Source: an uncultured Nitrososphaerota archaeon (lineage in GTDB: Archaea; Asgardarchaeota; Njordarchaeia; Njordarchaeales; Panguiarchaeaceae). Taken from it: 19,520 nucleotides of DNA. This document shows, in pieces, positions 18,321 through 19,520 of this stretch (the first letter of the stretch is position 1; every line of letters starts with the position of its first letter). A model generated the notes under the pieces. It saw only the letters and a list, made by a program, of their open reading frames with translations, did no database searches and had not been told where the DNA came from. A program made the position numbers and the translations under genes. The stretch spans positions 97,249 to 116,768 of the forward strand of contig CAZWPQ010000002.1 of NCBI GenBank assembly GCA_964636085.1. The letters are read 5' to 3'.

Positions 18321-19520
18321 GCTCAAGCGGTTCCTTACCAGATCTCTTGTCAAAATTAGGAAACAAAATAGACCTTCCATCACCATTCCTTAGTCGTACA
18401 ATTAGAATTGGATATACCACGAGGGAAGAATTACCATTTATTAGAATAAAGTTGAATTCGCCATTTGATATATTAGAGACTGATGTATCTATAGCTGACA
18501 GAACTGTTATACTTATTCTAGGCTCTAAGGGCACTGGAAAATCGTTTCTGGCTGTTTATCTTCGTAATAAATTTGAAAAAGAAGGCTTTACAGTTATACC
18601 TGTCGACTGCCAACAAGAAAAAATTGGGAGTTTAGAGGACTACCTTACTAAGTACATCTCGAATAAACTTAATGTTAAAGATGGAAGTGGTTCTGTAGCG
18701 GAGCTATTAAACCAGTCTATATCAAAATTCGGTAGGGTTGCTATAATCATTGATGACTTTAGTGATACATTAAAGAGAGATTTCAGCAATGCTGTCGAGG
18801 TCGTCAGTAATCTCCTTGAACTTGCTGTGAAATTCAGAGGTGGATTGGGTGGCAAACTGTTCAAGTTAGCTATGGTCATGCAAACAGATGAGGGAGACCC
18901 ACTTAAATACACAGTTGACTTCTTAAATGAACTTTATTCACTTGCGACTGAGAGGAAAAGCTTTGCTTATGATATTCTCTTTGGCTATGGTTTTAGAAAT
19001 CCTATCGATATATTCGCTGAAAAATCCACATTTTCTAGAATTGAAGACGAGGAAAGTCTCGAGCGAGCTATGTTCAGGGAGGCCTCCGCGGTCTTTGTTG
19101 ATGGGCTTTGGTTCAAAATTAGAAGCTTCTTAGCTATGGATCGAAGCATTTATGATGTCCTAATGCGTGTTAAAAAGGTAATTTATGAGTTTTTTGATTT
19201 CTATTTAATGAATTCTTCAGGGTTCATAAAACAACTTAAGAGTGCAACCCAAGGTAGTGATAAGTCTGAGGAAACTGTAATCAAAGAAATGGCAAAAGTA
19301 GCATTGGAAATCATAAACAGAGGTAATGTAATTAATGAATTTATAAATGATGAAGTGCTGGATGTTCTCGCAATGCATCTAATTCTCCAGCCTACAAAGT
19401 ACATTAAGCTTGAGCATGGTGAAGAAACACTAATATGTGAAGGCACTACGGGGGGTTTAGGTGGGTTTAATGCTGTGGCTGTATTAGACGTCTTGGACAG
19501 GATTTATGATGGAGCTATAA
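18317..19520 (+). CDS. P-loop NTPase (AAA+/STAND-like ATP-binding protein), 3'-truncated by the window
   Basis: Manual translation from ATG 18317 (SD GGAGGTGA at 18302-18309) stays open for 401 codons to the window end: MSSSGSLPDLL...VILILGSKGTGKS (Walker A, 18521-18544)...VAIIIDD (Walker B, ~18740-18757)...LAMVMQT. It is absent from the ORF track because no stop falls within the window. Confidence 0.85.
   Translation, partial: MSSSGSLPDLLSKLGNKIDLPSPFLSRTIRIGYTTREELPFIRIKLNSPFDILETDVSIADRTVILILGSKGTGKSFLAVYLRNKFEKEGFTVIPVDCQQEKIGSLEDYLTKYISNKLNVKDGSGSVAELLNQSISKFGRVAIIIDDFSDTLKRDFSNAVEVVSNLLELAVKFRGGLGGKLFKLAMVMQTDEGDPLKYTVDFLNELYSLATERKSFAYDILFGYGFRNPIDIFAEKSTFSRIEDEESLERAMFREASAVFVDGLWFKIRSFLAMDRSIYDVLMRVKKVIYEFFDFYLMNSSGFIKQLKSATQGSDKSEETVIKEMAKVALEIINRGNVINEFINDEVLDVLAMHLILQPTKYIKLEHGEETLICEGTTGGLGGFNAVAVLDVLDRIYDGAI

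Noticed and set aside
18283-19446. Short ORFs listed in the track at the right end
   Set aside because: All are explained as shadows of the long open plus-strand ATPase frame starting at 18317.
1-19520. Inferring the MTase target from avoidance of CCWGG or GGCC
   Set aside because: Both sites occur repeatedly inside and outside the island (e.g. CCTGG near 1144 and 11761; GGCC near 443 and 7621). No depletion is visible by eye, and genome-scale counts are needed.
1-19520. CRISPR array, tRNA/rRNA, IS element or integrase
   Set aside because: No regularly spaced direct repeats, cloverleaf-like sequence, terminal inverted repeats or recombinase/transposase ORF were found.

Overview
This window looks archaeal and probably comes from a thermophile, judging by GGTGA/GAGGTG Shine-Dalgarno motifs, TTTAWA boxes and a sequon-rich surface protein. 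The left part (1-6.4 kb) resembles host chromosome: a ~1340-aa membrane-anchored beta-helix/Ig-like surface glycoprotein, an aldo/keto reductase and a small hypothetical gene. The right part (6.5-19.5 kb) is an anti-viral defence island. A translationally coupled DISARM core lies on the minus strand (drmA helicase, drmB DUF1998, drmC PLD nuclease), followed by a membrane-anchored hypothetical gene. Divergently transcribed from it is an operon encoding a small RHH-like/Zn-ribbon/TM protein, a C5-cytosine methyltransferase with atypical motifs and a Mig-type T/G mismatch glycosylase. Next come an unknown 532-537-aa protein and a coupled P-loop ATPase that runs off the window end and is missing from the ORF track. 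No drmD, drmMI or recognisable drmE is present in the window. The locus is therefore a candidate non-canonical, class II-like DISARM variant with its own 5mC-deamination repair enzyme and extra ATPase-linked genes. All family assignments come from motif recognition by eye; no database searches were run.
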